Positions 1 to 11,307 of a stretch of DNA of 64,000 nt are shown here, piece after piece. A model generated the notes under the pieces. That model was not told where the DNA came from. It searched no databases and was given only the letters and a program-made list of their open reading frames with translations. Made by a program: the position numbers and the translations under genes. How positions within the stretch are numbered: the first letter of the stretch is position 1; every line of letters begins with the position of its first letter. Location: NCBI GenBank assembly GCA_008632985.1, contig QPGO01000090.1, positions 248,001 to 312,000 on the forward strand, in the 5' to 3' direction. The stretch comes from Psammoneis japonica (Eukaryota).

Positions 1-1907
1 CACGTTGGGTACTTGAAGGTTCTGTCGTCGGGAACGTAACGGAAATCTTCGAGCAGGTTCGACGTGTCACTCCTTCCACCACTATTGCTGCCTCCGGCAA
101 AGGCGTACAAGAAGAGAAGCATAAAGATCACCACAAATGTAGTGATTATCTTGATCCATACATCCCTGCGTCCTCCTTGGCTGATGCTCGCAACAATCTT
201 GGCCAAACGATTCTTCTCGCGCCAATCTTCTTCGTCGTCATCGAGATCCGTTTCTTCTGGGCTGCACCTCTGACGAATGAAGTCACCGTCCAACAAGTCC
301 AAGGAACCCAATTCACTCAACACTGCTGGCACACTAAAGTAATGACGACAGGCCGAAAACAATCCCAAAACGAGAAACAACAATGCAATTGCATTATTTC
401 CAATGTCCAGCAGCATCCAAAGGGGAAAGGCAAAGAGAAATACAATCTCCAGAATAAAAGTAATCCAGCAAACCTTTTGCGTTGGTTCCGTGATCCGATG
501 GGTTTCTGTCACTTGATAAATGGCCTTGCTTCCCGAATTTGCACTCGTGTCAGCCTCGTTCACCGTGTCGCGATACGTGTCGTAGATTGCGTAGATGCGG
601 CGAACCGTGTCACGATTGAGAGCCAAAACAAGGACCACCACTACAAGAATCGCAAAAATGGGCAAGCCCATCCAGCGCAAAAAGGCAGTCAACAGGGCGA
701 GGAGCAGCAGATTCCCAAACACGGCGCAGACCATGCTGGAAATGACCTGAGCAGTTGTGATACGGGAGGGACCATTCACAACCACCACCGCCCGTGCCTT
801 TTTGCGACGGCAAAATAGCTTTTCCAAGCTCCAAGACGAATCCGTCACAAACAAGGTGCGATCAAGCACGTCTTCGACATTATACTGTCGGACGGGAGTC
901 TCAAATGTCGTGAACCACGTCTCGGGCATTTTCAAAGTCAATTGGCTATACCAGGAGACCTGTTCGTGTGTGAATTCATGGTCAGCCAGCTGCGATGCGT
1001 CGTAGGACTCATTTGCGTTCGGTAGTTCTTGGGAGCCTTCCACGTAAAACGTGCGGTTTCGGATTCCGGCAAAGCGATGCGACTGGCGCAAAAGAATGGC
1101 TTGCGTAAGAAACTTGCCCAGTTGCATAATGTTAGCATCGCGCAGACCGTACTTGGGATGATGACTGAGCAGTTCGAGGGCGCCCCAGATTTCAAAGATG
1201 AAAACGGCGAATGCAAAGAGACCAAAGGCTACAGTCACGCAGCCAATCCAGACGAGAGCCGTTGTTTCCCACCAATGTTCGCTCGTAAACAGTTGCTTCA
1301 GCATGACTACCAGCGGAATACCCATGAATAGGATAAACGCCATCCAGTCAATGACGACAGGACTGATGCGAATGACGCTCCGAAAGAAGCAATGTCCACG
1401 CCACGTGTCGTGAACAAATTCCGTTGCAATGGTTAGTGCCGAGGCCAAGCCAAAGACAAAAATAGGAATACTAAGAACGGTGCCCAGTAAGTGAAACACG
1501 TTTAAGCGTTGCTTGCTCGACAAACCTCCTTCCACAACGAGCGAAACAAACAAAAACAAAAGCACCTGCAAACAAAAAATGAGCAGAAAGCCCATCATGA
1601 GGACCGTCGCGAGCGTATAAGCACCGCGTAAGAGACTGAGCCCAGAACTACCGTCGGACGTGACCTTGGTCTTGAACAAGACAGAGTGCTCTTTCTCGTG
1701 GTCGCCATCGTGTACATCGCATTCCTGCTCGACAATCTGAAACTGTTCCGTGCCACTGCTGTAGACACGGACGGCTGTTTTTCGAAACCGAATAGTATCA
1801 GATGGCGCTTCGAGGCTGAAATGGTCTACAAAAGTCGATCGAGACTCATAGAGCGACGACGTGCGATCCTGCGAAAGCAACGGGTCACCCTCAGACACCT
1901 CCGCCAT
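1..1907 (-). CDS. Multi-pass membrane protein, 3'-truncated by the window edge (possibly the N-terminal TM part of a class-3 lipase-like family)
   Basis: Not in the ORF track. Hand translation from ATG at 1907 gives MAEVSEGDPLL...LRGAYTLATVLMMGFLLIFCLQVLLFLFVSL...WREKNRLAKIVASISQG...FRYVPDDRTFKYPT, open to position 1, with many hydrophobic helices. Lipase link is recollection only. Confidence 0.75.
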   Translation of the reverse strand, partial: MAEVSEGDPLLSQDRTSSLYESRSTFVDHFSLEAPSDTIRFRKTAVRVYSSGTEQFQIVEQECDVHDGDHEKEHSVLFKTKVTSDGSSGLSLLRGAYTLATVLMMGFLLIFCLQVLLFLFVSLVVEGGLSSKQRLNVFHLLGTVLSIPIFVFGLASALTIATEFVHDTWRGHCFFRSVIRISPVVIDWMAFILFMGIPLVVMLKQLFTSEHWWETTALVWIGCVTVAFGLFAFAVFIFEIWGALELLSHHPKYGLRDANIMQLGKFLTQAILLRQSHRFAGIRNRTFYVEGSQELPNANESYDASQLADHEFTHEQVSWYSQLTLKMPETWFTTFETPVRQYNVEDVLDRTLFVTDSSWSLEKLFCRRKKARAVVVVNGPSRITTAQVISSMVCAVFGNLLLLALLTAFLRWMGLPIFAILVVVVLVLALNRDTVRRIYAIYDTYRDTVNEADTSANSGSKAIYQVTETHRITEPTQKVCWITFILEIVFLFAFPLWMLLDIGNNAIALLFLVLGLFSACRHYFSVPAVLSELGSLDLLDGDFIRQRCSPEETDLDDDEEDWREKNRLAKIVASISQGGRRDVWIKIITTFVVIFMLLFLYAFAGGSNSGGRSDTSNLLEDFRYVPDDRTFKYPT

Positions 1908-2628
1908 GGCGATAAGTGATTCTTATGCAACTTATGCTGGTAAGATACTCCTCTACTTCCCTTCGTAGGAGATATGGCCTATATGCACCTTCTGTTTCGC
2001 TTCTGGGAAGTGGAAAGTTGTTGGAAGATAAAGTTCAATTAGGACTATGTATCGTGATTTGTCGCGATGCTGATTTTTCGCGAATTCACAGCCATCGCCA
2101 AAAGATACACAGGAAGATACCGTACCTCGTACCTCGTATCACAAATGGAAAACCAGAAGGCACCGCGCCTGATATGATGAGCGCCGCTTCTCCACGATCA
2201 TCATCTGTTGTTGACACTGAAAGCAGTGGCGTTTTAAGGCTAGTGCGAGGTTAGTCGGGACAGGGCTAGTATCATTCATGGTGTGCCGTGCGGGTGAAGA
2301 TGTTCTCGTTTTCAGATTTTTCGAGTTTCGCGATCGAAACACGCGAGATTCTTTCGTCTGCTAGTAGGGCCCTACTCTAGGACGTCTAACCATGCTGTAA
2401 GCTTCCATCCAAACGACTGGGTAACATGATGGACTAGGAATACCGTGTGCGACACTGCTGTTCACAGGAAAGGAGTTGGTCCTATGGATGTTCTTCACCA
2501 TGCGACTTCGACCTAAGATGCATTAAAGTACTTTACATGAATATCCAGCCCAGCTTAATGCCGTTACTGATATCTAAATATCATGTGGACAACTAACTTA
2601 TAGTGTTGCATTCTCGCTCACATCACAT

Positions 2629-3180
2629 TTAGTTTGGAGCATCTTCACATGTGGACGCCACAAGCATCGCTTCTGCCCACTGGCAGTACTTGTAAGACGC
2701 AAGATCACGAATCGTCAACACACCCAGCTGTTTCCAAGTAGTAGCTGCGTCATCTGTTAGCCCGTACAATGCACTCACAGGCTGATCAACAATCTCGTTA
2801 AGCGTTGCAGTCTCAAACGCCTTATCCACAGCTTTATCAACGTTCATGATCGAATCCTCCATTCGCCCATTCCCTTCCTCAGTCTCGGCGAGCGTCACAA
2901 AAGCTCTGGCTCGAAGGTAATACTTGTAATTAGCCAGATCCGAAACCTTCTTAATTTTGAGAGCCTCGAGTTGCTCCGAATGGACCGGCCCGATTCCCTG
3001 CAACGACGTAACTGGCTGGGCGACAAGTTCAGAGAAGGATTTGGATTCGTCTGCCTTGATGAGCGCCCCAGCGCAATTCAACCGGTGGCTCGCATACAAA
3101 ACGGTGTCAGTACTGAAGAATTTTTTCTTCTGATAAGCAAACGCTGAAACGACGAGGTTGCGCATCACCATTGTTGACAC
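2629..3180 (-). CDS. Conserved hypothetical protein with an internally duplicated ~65-aa domain
   Basis: Two repeats: ALIKADESKSFSELVAQPVTSLQGIG...KKVSDLANYKY and AVDKAFETATLNEIVDQPVSALYGLT...LTIRDLASYKY. Exact start codon uncertain. Confidence 0.75.
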   Translation of the reverse strand: MSTMVMRNLVVSAFAYQKKKFFSTDTVLYASHRLNCAGALIKADESKSFSELVAQPVTSLQGIGPVHSEQLEALKIKKVSDLANYKYYLRARAFVTLAETEEGNGRMEDSIMNVDKAVDKAFETATLNEIVDQPVSALYGLTDDAATTWKQLGVLTIRDLASYKYCQWAEAMLVASTCEDAPN

Positions 3181-3394
3181 TGACTCACGGGGTGATTGCT
3201 CACATGAACAACGTTGTTGCAGGTTAGGGACTACAGTACAGTACGCGGTATCGCATGAAAATCTTTTTGGCGAAAGCTGCGAGATGGCGCGGCGCGGAAA
3301 TAACCCGTCATATTTCTACATGACTGAATACTTATATGATATCTGGCGATCTCGCGCGATCGCGCGCGCGCTGCGCCATCTTGGAATCTGCTCG

Positions 3395-6300
3395 CACTCT
3401 CCATCGTGAGTCTATGCGTCGACCGTTCTTCGCGCGCGCGCTCGCACGCACCCGAAGGTCTCCTCATAGACTCTCGCGGAAGTAAGCTACAGAAAGAATA
3501 AACAGGCGTCAGACGCCAGTTTCCTAGCGTTTTACCGGTAAAACAATTATGTAGAAATTGTGTACAATTTTAAAAAAGAGATGAGGTTGGATCGAAAAAT
3601 GCGACAGAGACGCACAAAAACGCGACACAACACGACAAGCGACAATGGCGACCATGTGGGGATAAAAGCAATATCCACACTAATTTCAGGCATACTTCAG
3701 TAACAATATAAACATGATAAGTGTAGCTGATACAATAATTGGCTCGCTGGTGTCTATCTAATAGCTCTAATCGATCATTCGAGATGATGCCATTGTCATC
3801 AATATCCCGTATTGTTGCTACGCGTAATTCACGTAGAAAATTGCAAAAAAAAGCCATTGACAACGATGCTCTGAAATCAACCACAAACTGCATCCAGAGT
3901 CAATATGGGCGCACATCTATACTTATTACTCGCCATGAGACATATCCAATGCGTTTCGTCTCACCAAAATTAGTCAACAGCGTCACCGGCGGCACGCCAT
4001 TGTCAGCATCGAATGCCGTACAAAAAGCACGGGGACGACGGAAATCGGCTTCGTCTGTCGCATTTGTCTGTCTATCGCCCGTTTGTCTCGTAGAATCTAC
4101 GAGAAAGTTCCCATACATTTTACGGTCTGTCCATGCTTCATCTGACGCCTGTTTATTCCTGACAACCGTTTATTCTGCGCGTAGTAAGACGGACGGTGGC
4201 AAAAAAAAATGTTACCACTGCGTGAAACTTCTACGTGGGGGTGACCATTTAGCTGGAATAATTCGACTAAAATTTCTTTTTGCGCGTTCGTCCGCCATCC
4301 GAATTCTTCGTGCTTTTTGTGTGGAGAAAAAATGCCTCCGACCATGGTGAGTACACCGTTGCGACGTCGTCAGTGTTGATATGGGAGGCTGCATCGGTGC
4401 TTGAATATCTCTATTATCCCTATTAGAATGTATCTATAGTGCGATGCAGCTTCCCAGTTTTGATTTTATGATTCATTTTTACGTCACTCGTTCTCATGCT
4501 TTTTTGCTGTTGCCGCCGACAGAGTACAAAAGTGCCCAACACCTCAGCGGCAAAGGTTTATGCCAAGGTTACCTCATTTATTGATAGATTCCCCTGAAAA
4601 TCATTCTGGCTCGTGAGTCACAATGGAAAGATTGAGACAAGCTGATTCATGATGCTCTTGCTCTCCTTTGAGCAAGTGTTCCTGCGAATCGACCACTAGT
4701 CATTTCTAAGAGCAGATGGAAGGTACACTATAAACAATGTTGAAGAGACTCACAGTCAGCTGAAGACACAAGTGCTGTCCCCTGCGGCGCAACGCTAGTG
4801 ACAATTGTTCCGCAGGGTTCCTACAGGACGAAGAGAGTGCACCTTGTTCGTGACGACAGAGAGGCTGGACGCTGCAAATGAAGTGAAATAGTTGAAGCTC
4901 ACTGTTCAAGATCTATCTCTTCTTTAGTTGATGAGGAGAATGATGCAGCAGCCTCACCTGAAGGAACCCATTCATCTGTGCCCAAAATAACTGCAATAGT
5001 CTCTCCAGACGTGCGCCAATCAACTCGAGCAACCAAGAAGCCACCGCCGACTCATGCCAATCTGCATGACAAGATTAAGCACCATTTATCATAAATGGCA
5101 CTTTAATCGAGCAGCAGTATTGATTAGGAGATTACATGATAGCCATGTATTCTCTTTGAGCCTCGACAGCACGAACGGCGTGTAGAGAGCACTGCAATAG
5201 AGAATGTAATAATGCATGAGTAATGTAGTGTGGCAATATTAAGTTTTGATATGTCATGCACAGTGCTATCATTCTAAGTACTCAAAGCATTTCTATCTAA
5301 GTTCTCACTGTATGTTCCTGTGTGCCTGTATTCAATCGACAATTTTAAATTCGGGAGCCAAGAATTCCAAAGAATCGTCACCGTGGAGCATTCGTCGCTT
5401 TGAAAATTCGAGGACACAAATGATCCACTAAATGATGTTTAGCTTCGGACGGCGGAAGCAGTCACTTCAAAAAGGCTGCAGAAGCTGTTGGTTCCCATGT
5501 CGCACCGTAACTACTGCTTCCCAAAACCAACAAGGAATTCTGAGCTGTGAGGAAAAAGGAGCTTCAGGAGAATAATTCCTGATGAGGCGCTCATCAAAAA
5601 CCGGTGTGCTTCCTTGCGATAGAAAATAGGGTGCCGGAATCATGGAAGCATGTGTTCCTGGAAGACAAACAATTCGGGGATGAAATAAGGGCAAACGTTA
5701 GGCTCTGCAACACTGGGACACTGTGCGAAGCAATGAATGGCACTTTACTTACCCCATCTTCGTTTCTGTCGTTCGTTCCGCTGTGCAATGATGATGGCAT
5801 TCCAAAAGCAATGACTGTGCTGTCAACGACTGACGTGTAATCATTTCTATCGTTCGTTCTGATGCTATGCTGATGGCATTCCCCAAACATGCCGTTAGTT
5901 GGAACATCGTCGGTCGTCGGTTTATTGTTTTTTGTTTTTTCAGAGCGGCCGTTGATTTCACAATAATTGGTAATGAGCGAGTCATCTACACAACTCGTGG
6001 TATGTGCGTCTCGTAACCGAGCGAGGAGCAGACAATGTACCGGGCCTACGGCTTCATGGGCCCCACCCCTGTGGTAGGGGAGAATATGGTGATGTCATGG
6101 TTACGTGGCAGTTTATATCTTATTCATTATATTTTTATATAAATGTCCTCACATTTATTTATGCATTTGTACACAAATGCTAATAGTAGCAGGAAAAATC
6201 CTGAACTTATGGAATATACACATTCGTGTGGATATTAACATTAAAACTCAACGCACGGCGAAGCCGTGCGCGCACAACCACGCTCACACATACACACAGC

Positions 6301-7832
6301 TCCCCCTACCGGTACCACAGGGGTGCATGGGCCCCTCTTTCACGTAGTGATTACCGTGCCACCCTGGATTTGGAGAAACGCTCTACAGAGCTTTCTAGGT
6401 ACACAAAACATACCAGAAAATGTGCCGTTCCGACGATGATCGTTTTCATCGGCGCATCGACAGCTATGCCATACACCGTTCACTGGTTATTCGGATACTC
6501 GCTGTTGAAGCGTACCATGGCATTGGAACGGAGAAAATTGGTAAATATTTGATTGATTAGTCCCCAAGACTGACCAAGTGCAAAATCGTCACTTTTTCGG
6601 TAGGTGCTGACATGTGTCGTTGATGATCGTCATATATTCCGCTCCGTTGTGCCCTGTAAGTTATGACATGGAAACTTACGCATATTTTCGTTATTGTATT
6701 ACAATGGTATTGTCTTTCTTGCTGCATAAACGTTGTTTCTGTCGTTCGTAGGAAATGGCTTTTTATTTTTTGCCAGAAATGTACTCACTCACGGATTGGG
6801 CCCTTCCTCGTTATCATGCAGGTTCTCAGTCCATGTAATACCTTGGTGTTGTTTATTGGTGTCTATATGAGGCGTGTTTTGACCACAGCTCTCAGATTCG
6901 AGGCAAAGATGGTCTGGGGTCTCATTTTTGGTTGGGCGTCGCTCTTTTATGACTTTTATGGAGATTTCTGGACGGTTGTGTCGATTTCTTGCCCCTTGGG
7001 TAGATTTGAGTGCACTGGCAATACTCCTTTAGTGCCACTGAGTCAAGGAGGTAAGCTCTTGTGATAACAATGTTAATTGTTAGCATTCAAACTCACTCAA
7101 TGGGGCTTGTACTTCATGCAGGATTTCATCAGTTCGCAACAGTACGAATCCCTCTAGTGATGGCATGAGACAAATAATGCGGTTACAGCGACAAGTACAT
7201 GCACAAAGGATACACGTCAGAAGTTATATAAAGATAAAGAGGTAAGTTTGTGCTATGATTTTGCTCATAGTTGTTGACTTATCTTGAAATCTGTGTCGTA
7301 GATGTTCTCACTGCTTGTATCCTCCCGTCTCTTTTGGCCTTCTACAGCAACTGGCTTACGATCACCTACTAGCATGGTAGTTCTTGGTGATTGATGAAGT
7401 ATGGAATTAATGTTGGGTGTATCGCCCTGACCATAGCAATGAACGAGGAGAGCTAGCATTCAATGTGTGGCTAGCTCGATCGAGCCGAGACAAAAGGATC
7501 AACACGTCCGATTGTGAATGATGGAATGAGGAGCCATGTAGCAGTTATGTAACTATAGGGTTTTGTTATGGTACGCTCGAAACGTCCCAATAAAAGATTC
7601 ATTCTACAGTGTAAGATAGCCTTGGGAGTCGTTCATGCCGATAAACCGCAGTGGCTACGAAAGATCTTGCGGCATGTGCCGGTGCGACGGAAAAACGGCA
7701 CCGTAACAAAAGGCCTACATACGACCCTGGTACATCGTCCGTCTTACTTCCGCGAGAGTCTATGTGGCGACCTTCGGGTGCGTGCGAGCGCGCGCGAAGA
7801 ACGGTCGACGCATAGACTCACGATGGAGAGTG
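3395..7832. mobile_element. Non-autonomous TIR DNA transposon, Mutator-like (4.4 kb)
   Basis: ~92-bp near-perfect TIRs (3395-3486 vs 7743-7832; CACTCTCCATCG...CGATGGAGAGTG) and a perfect 9-bp TSD ATCTGCTCG (3386-3394, 7833-7841). No intact transposase ORF seen inside. Confidence 0.88.
6064..6325. mobile_element. MITE (262 bp) nested in the larger TIR element
   Basis: 13-bp perfect TIR CACCCCTGTGGTA/TACCACAGGGGTG, 9-bp TSD CATGGGCCC (6055-6063, 6326-6334), AT-rich interior. Confidence 0.85.
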
Positions 7833-8064
7833 ATCTGCTCGCGGCGACAGCGACATTGCGGCCATGATGGCCGACCTTTGAAGCACCAACGTGTTGAGTG
7901 TGCCACTTACAGTGGGCGTGTAGCACACACCCTCTCTTTAGATAATGACGATCATCCAAATAGAATGGCTCAGAGGTAGTTGGAAGCGTGGCTGTCTACT
8001 TCTGTGGTTTTTCGGATCGATTTCACAAAAAGCGGTAGTTTGTAAGCCCGCATGAAAAGTAGAG

Positions 8065-9175
8065 GTGACCCGACGTCTTTTATCCAAACACACGTTTGAC
8101 TCGTCCTTATTCTCTCTGGACGCGGTATCTGTGAACGATACGACCTGTGCTTTCAAGGCCTTGCAACTTATTCAGAGTGGCAAAGCGCTACTTTGTGAGG
8201 GCGATTTCCACAACGCGAAGCAATTGCTCAGCGCTCTCAAGCGGCGGCTTGTTGTGTCAAAGAAGGAGAGATCGCGGCACAAAACGGCAACGATTATTGA
8301 GCAGTGGCAACTACAGCGAACTATGAATCAGAAAAGGGCACGTCATCTAAACATGCTGTTGATTCACGTCGAAAAGGATCACAGTCTGCGTTCATATCGC
8401 CGAGCCCCGGACGTGTCTGACGTGTTGAATTTCAATTTTGGGGAGCAAGAAAATGCCTATGAGATTCCGCTGCATGAAGTGATTGGGATGGTTGGTGCGT
8501 AAAAGTGGAAGAAGAAAGGAGTTTTCATCCTGACGCTAGACCAATGCATTCATACGCACTACGATGTGTTTGTCCCCATACGTCGCGAGTAGCTCGATCT
8601 GCTTATGGAAGCACCGCATCCGTCGTCAAAGCACCTAACCATGTTGGAGGTCGGCGTTGGGACAGGAATTATCACCGCCATGATGCTTGTGAAACGAAAT
8701 GCAGCAACGGTGGTTGGAACGGACATCAACCCCAATGCATTCGCTTGTGCACAGGACAATCTATCGAGATTGAACCTATCCGATCCGGTAGAACTGATTC
8801 AAGCAGATATCCTTCCGCCGCAATCGACAAAGGTACATCTGATTTTCTGTTTCCTTGTTGGATCTTACTATCTATGATGAAAATCTAGCCATCTCGCGAA
8901 TGTTTCTACTTAATGTCAAACACTTGTTACGAGACGAGGAGAGTGAGGTTTGGCTCATACTTTCAACCATGGCTGAAACTCGCTCGAGGGAAGACCTATT
9001 GAAACTGATTGACGACGGAGACTTGATGGCGAAAGACGTATCGGAGACACGCCCTATACATGCAAAGGCTCGAAACCTGGAGAAAACAGACGACTTTGAT
9101 GCAATATCAGCCGGGACAGCTTCTGAAGGCAACTCATTTATGTCGAGCCAAGCAGAAGGTGTGACATGCGTGTGA
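8065..9175 (+). pseudogene. Class I SAM-dependent methyltransferase pseudogene (bacterial small-MTase-like)
   Basis: Frame reads GDFHNAKQLLSALKRRL...RRAPDV...GMVGA*KWKKKG...RRE*LDLL...LEVGVGTGII...GTDINPNA with in-frame TAA (8500-8502) and TAG (~8590), then a frameshift at ~8855 into IYDEN...EVWLILS. Confidence 0.75.
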
Positions 9176-9776
9176 TGTTTCTATTACGTAGTTTTCGATC
9201 GACACCATCTGTATGCGTGAGGACAGCAGATTGTGTGGAGTTTGGGATGAGGCTTGCCCCGTGGGAACGCTGGTGTGGGGCGTACGATTTTTCTCAGGAG
9301 CCCTTGGGACCACAAAATGACGAATCGGGAAATGCTCCACTTCGATGCCACTGATGCTGGCAACATGGTCTTGTGGGACAAGCTCGATCCCTCGAAAACG
9401 TGAAGCGGATATGGTACTTCACGATCGAATAACAACGAAGGACGAACGTTCGAGTTTGGCGCAAAAGCCACGAACGATGCAAGAAAGAGAGACGATACCT
9501 ATTGTTACTTCCAGTCGGAGGCTGTGAACCGTTTTGATGTCGCTTGCTCCTCACCAGTCAAGGCCTTCATTGTTGATCCGGCGTGCTGTGCTCCTGCCGG
9601 TGATAAGAAAGTAGATTTTCTATTCAAGCAGGCGCCTGGAAACACATCGCATGTGAAGGGTGTCATGTATGAGGTCACCGAAAACGAATGCGAGGGGGGA
9701 TACCGTTCAGTTGGTATGGTCCAGTTTATTTCTGAAATGACGCTGTTGAATTGAAGCTGATACATGCTTGTGATGT

Positions 9777-11147
9777 TCATGTAGCTTGGGCGAGGTCACA
9801 TGCCTTTACTACCTCTTGGTACCTTGAACGAATTGCTTCTCTGTCATGATCATTGGACATTTGAGGAACGGTATCGCGGTGAATGAGCCCCGCCTGATGC
9901 AAAAGCGCTTGACGCTGATCCTCACGATGTGCTTGCTTCCCGACTTTTTTCAGCATATCAAGCAGCTGACATGAGACTGCGCAATCACCACGGCTTGCCT
10001 GTCGCACTTGATCGACTGCCGCGTCCACCAACCCTTCGTATTCTGTGACGGATCTGATAACGCGAACAGTATTGTCTTCATCGAGCAATACTGACCCTGG
10101 AAGAGGTCTAGCAAAAATTGTCTCAAGAGCAGAACCAAGATAGTCAATGCAGTCAATTGCTGTGAAGGGATCGTTAGTCGAGAGAGCCCTAAGGCATATC
10201 CCAACAATTTGACGAATTCCATACTCAATATCTTGTTCAGGAGTCCTGCACGATCCCACATAGAAACAGTCCTGTATGCATTGTTCAAATGATGGATGTG
10301 AATCGATTGCACCCTTGTCTTCGGCTCCTTCCACGACGCGAACAACAGGTCGTCGTTTCGTGATGAACCACCCTGGACGACAAACTACCCATAGAACCAC
10401 ATCTTGCTGACAAGCATACTTCACCAAAGCTTCATAATCAATAGCTTGTATGTATCCATCTTTTCCAGATGTGACCTCCCAACCCTTGCCTTCCTCTGGT
10501 TCAGGTTGTTGCTCTTGCTCGCCCTCGTCATGATCCGGAAATGTGTTTTCGATCGTTTCTATCAGACCATTGTGTGCGTCTGCAACGACTGTTTCCACCT
10601 GGATAAGTGTAAGCACGTGTTGAATAAAGAGAATAAAGAAGAAAAGGCTCACGATTGCAAGTACCGTTGCAAACATGAGAGATAAATGCGGAATAAAGCC
10701 TTCTCCTTGGTTAGATCGCGGTCCTCGAATGACAAATAGACAATAGACAAATGTAGCCATGAGCACCGCAAGAGAGATTTGACTAGACCGATCCTTTACA
10801 AAGTTGCGTAACAAGCCCGGTCCAAACTGTTCCGACGCCAACGTCATTGTCACCAGGATGGACGAGAAAGCAACGCCAGCCAGTGCGAGGGTAGAGCTTG
10901 CAATCGTGGTGAGCAAAGCATTTGCGCTACTTTCTGACCATATTTTGATGAAGTCCGTAACAGCATCACCAGACTTGGTATCGATGAAGAGACAAAGTTG
11001 TGAAAGCAAAATTGCGCCAATTACAGAGGCAGTTGGTATTGTCCAGGTTGAAGCTCGAATCTTTTCTGTTACGTGTATGATCCATGTTTTTGCAGAACTA
11101 ATTTTGAGTTTGGCGTTGGTCTTCGCTGACATCTCTGTAGTCACCAA
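9777..11147 (-). CDS. DUF2254 family predicted membrane protein
   Basis: Intronless 456 aa with LASEQFGPGLLRNF, GYIQAID, RTPEQDIEYGIRQIV, RALS-NDPFTAIDCIDYL motifs typical of DUF2254; N-terminal TM helices. Confidence 0.85.
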   Translation of the reverse strand: MVTTEMSAKTNAKLKISSAKTWIIHVTEKIRASTWTIPTASVIGAILLSQLCLFIDTKSGDAVTDFIKIWSESSANALLTTIASSTLALAGVAFSSILVTMTLASEQFGPGLLRNFVKDRSSQISLAVLMATFVYCLFVIRGPRSNQGEGFIPHLSLMFATVLAIVSLFFFILFIQHVLTLIQVETVVADAHNGLIETIENTFPDHDEGEQEQQPEPEEGKGWEVTSGKDGYIQAIDYEALVKYACQQDVVLWVVCRPGWFITKRRPVVRVVEGAEDKGAIDSHPSFEQCIQDCFYVGSCRTPEQDIEYGIRQIVGICLRALSTNDPFTAIDCIDYLGSALETIFARPLPGSVLLDEDNTVRVIRSVTEYEGLVDAAVDQVRQASRGDCAVSCQLLDMLKKVGKQAHREDQRQALLHQAGLIHRDTVPQMSNDHDREAIRSRYQEVVKACDLAQAT

Positions 11148-11307
11148 GAGCCTTGGGGCCCTTAGAAACGTCTCACTATGGCAATTATGATACCGTGCTT
11201 ATACAAATATATGCATCACCAATCGCACCATCGTCGACTGATAGCTTCCGCCAACTTCCGCCAAACGCCAAAGCTTTTCCAAAAATGAGTGGTTCGGCGT
11301 GTAAGTC

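Noticed and set aside
64..1919. Plus-strand ORFs such as 177-818 and 1029-1331
   Set aside because: Antisense shadows of the long minus-strand membrane-protein ORF.
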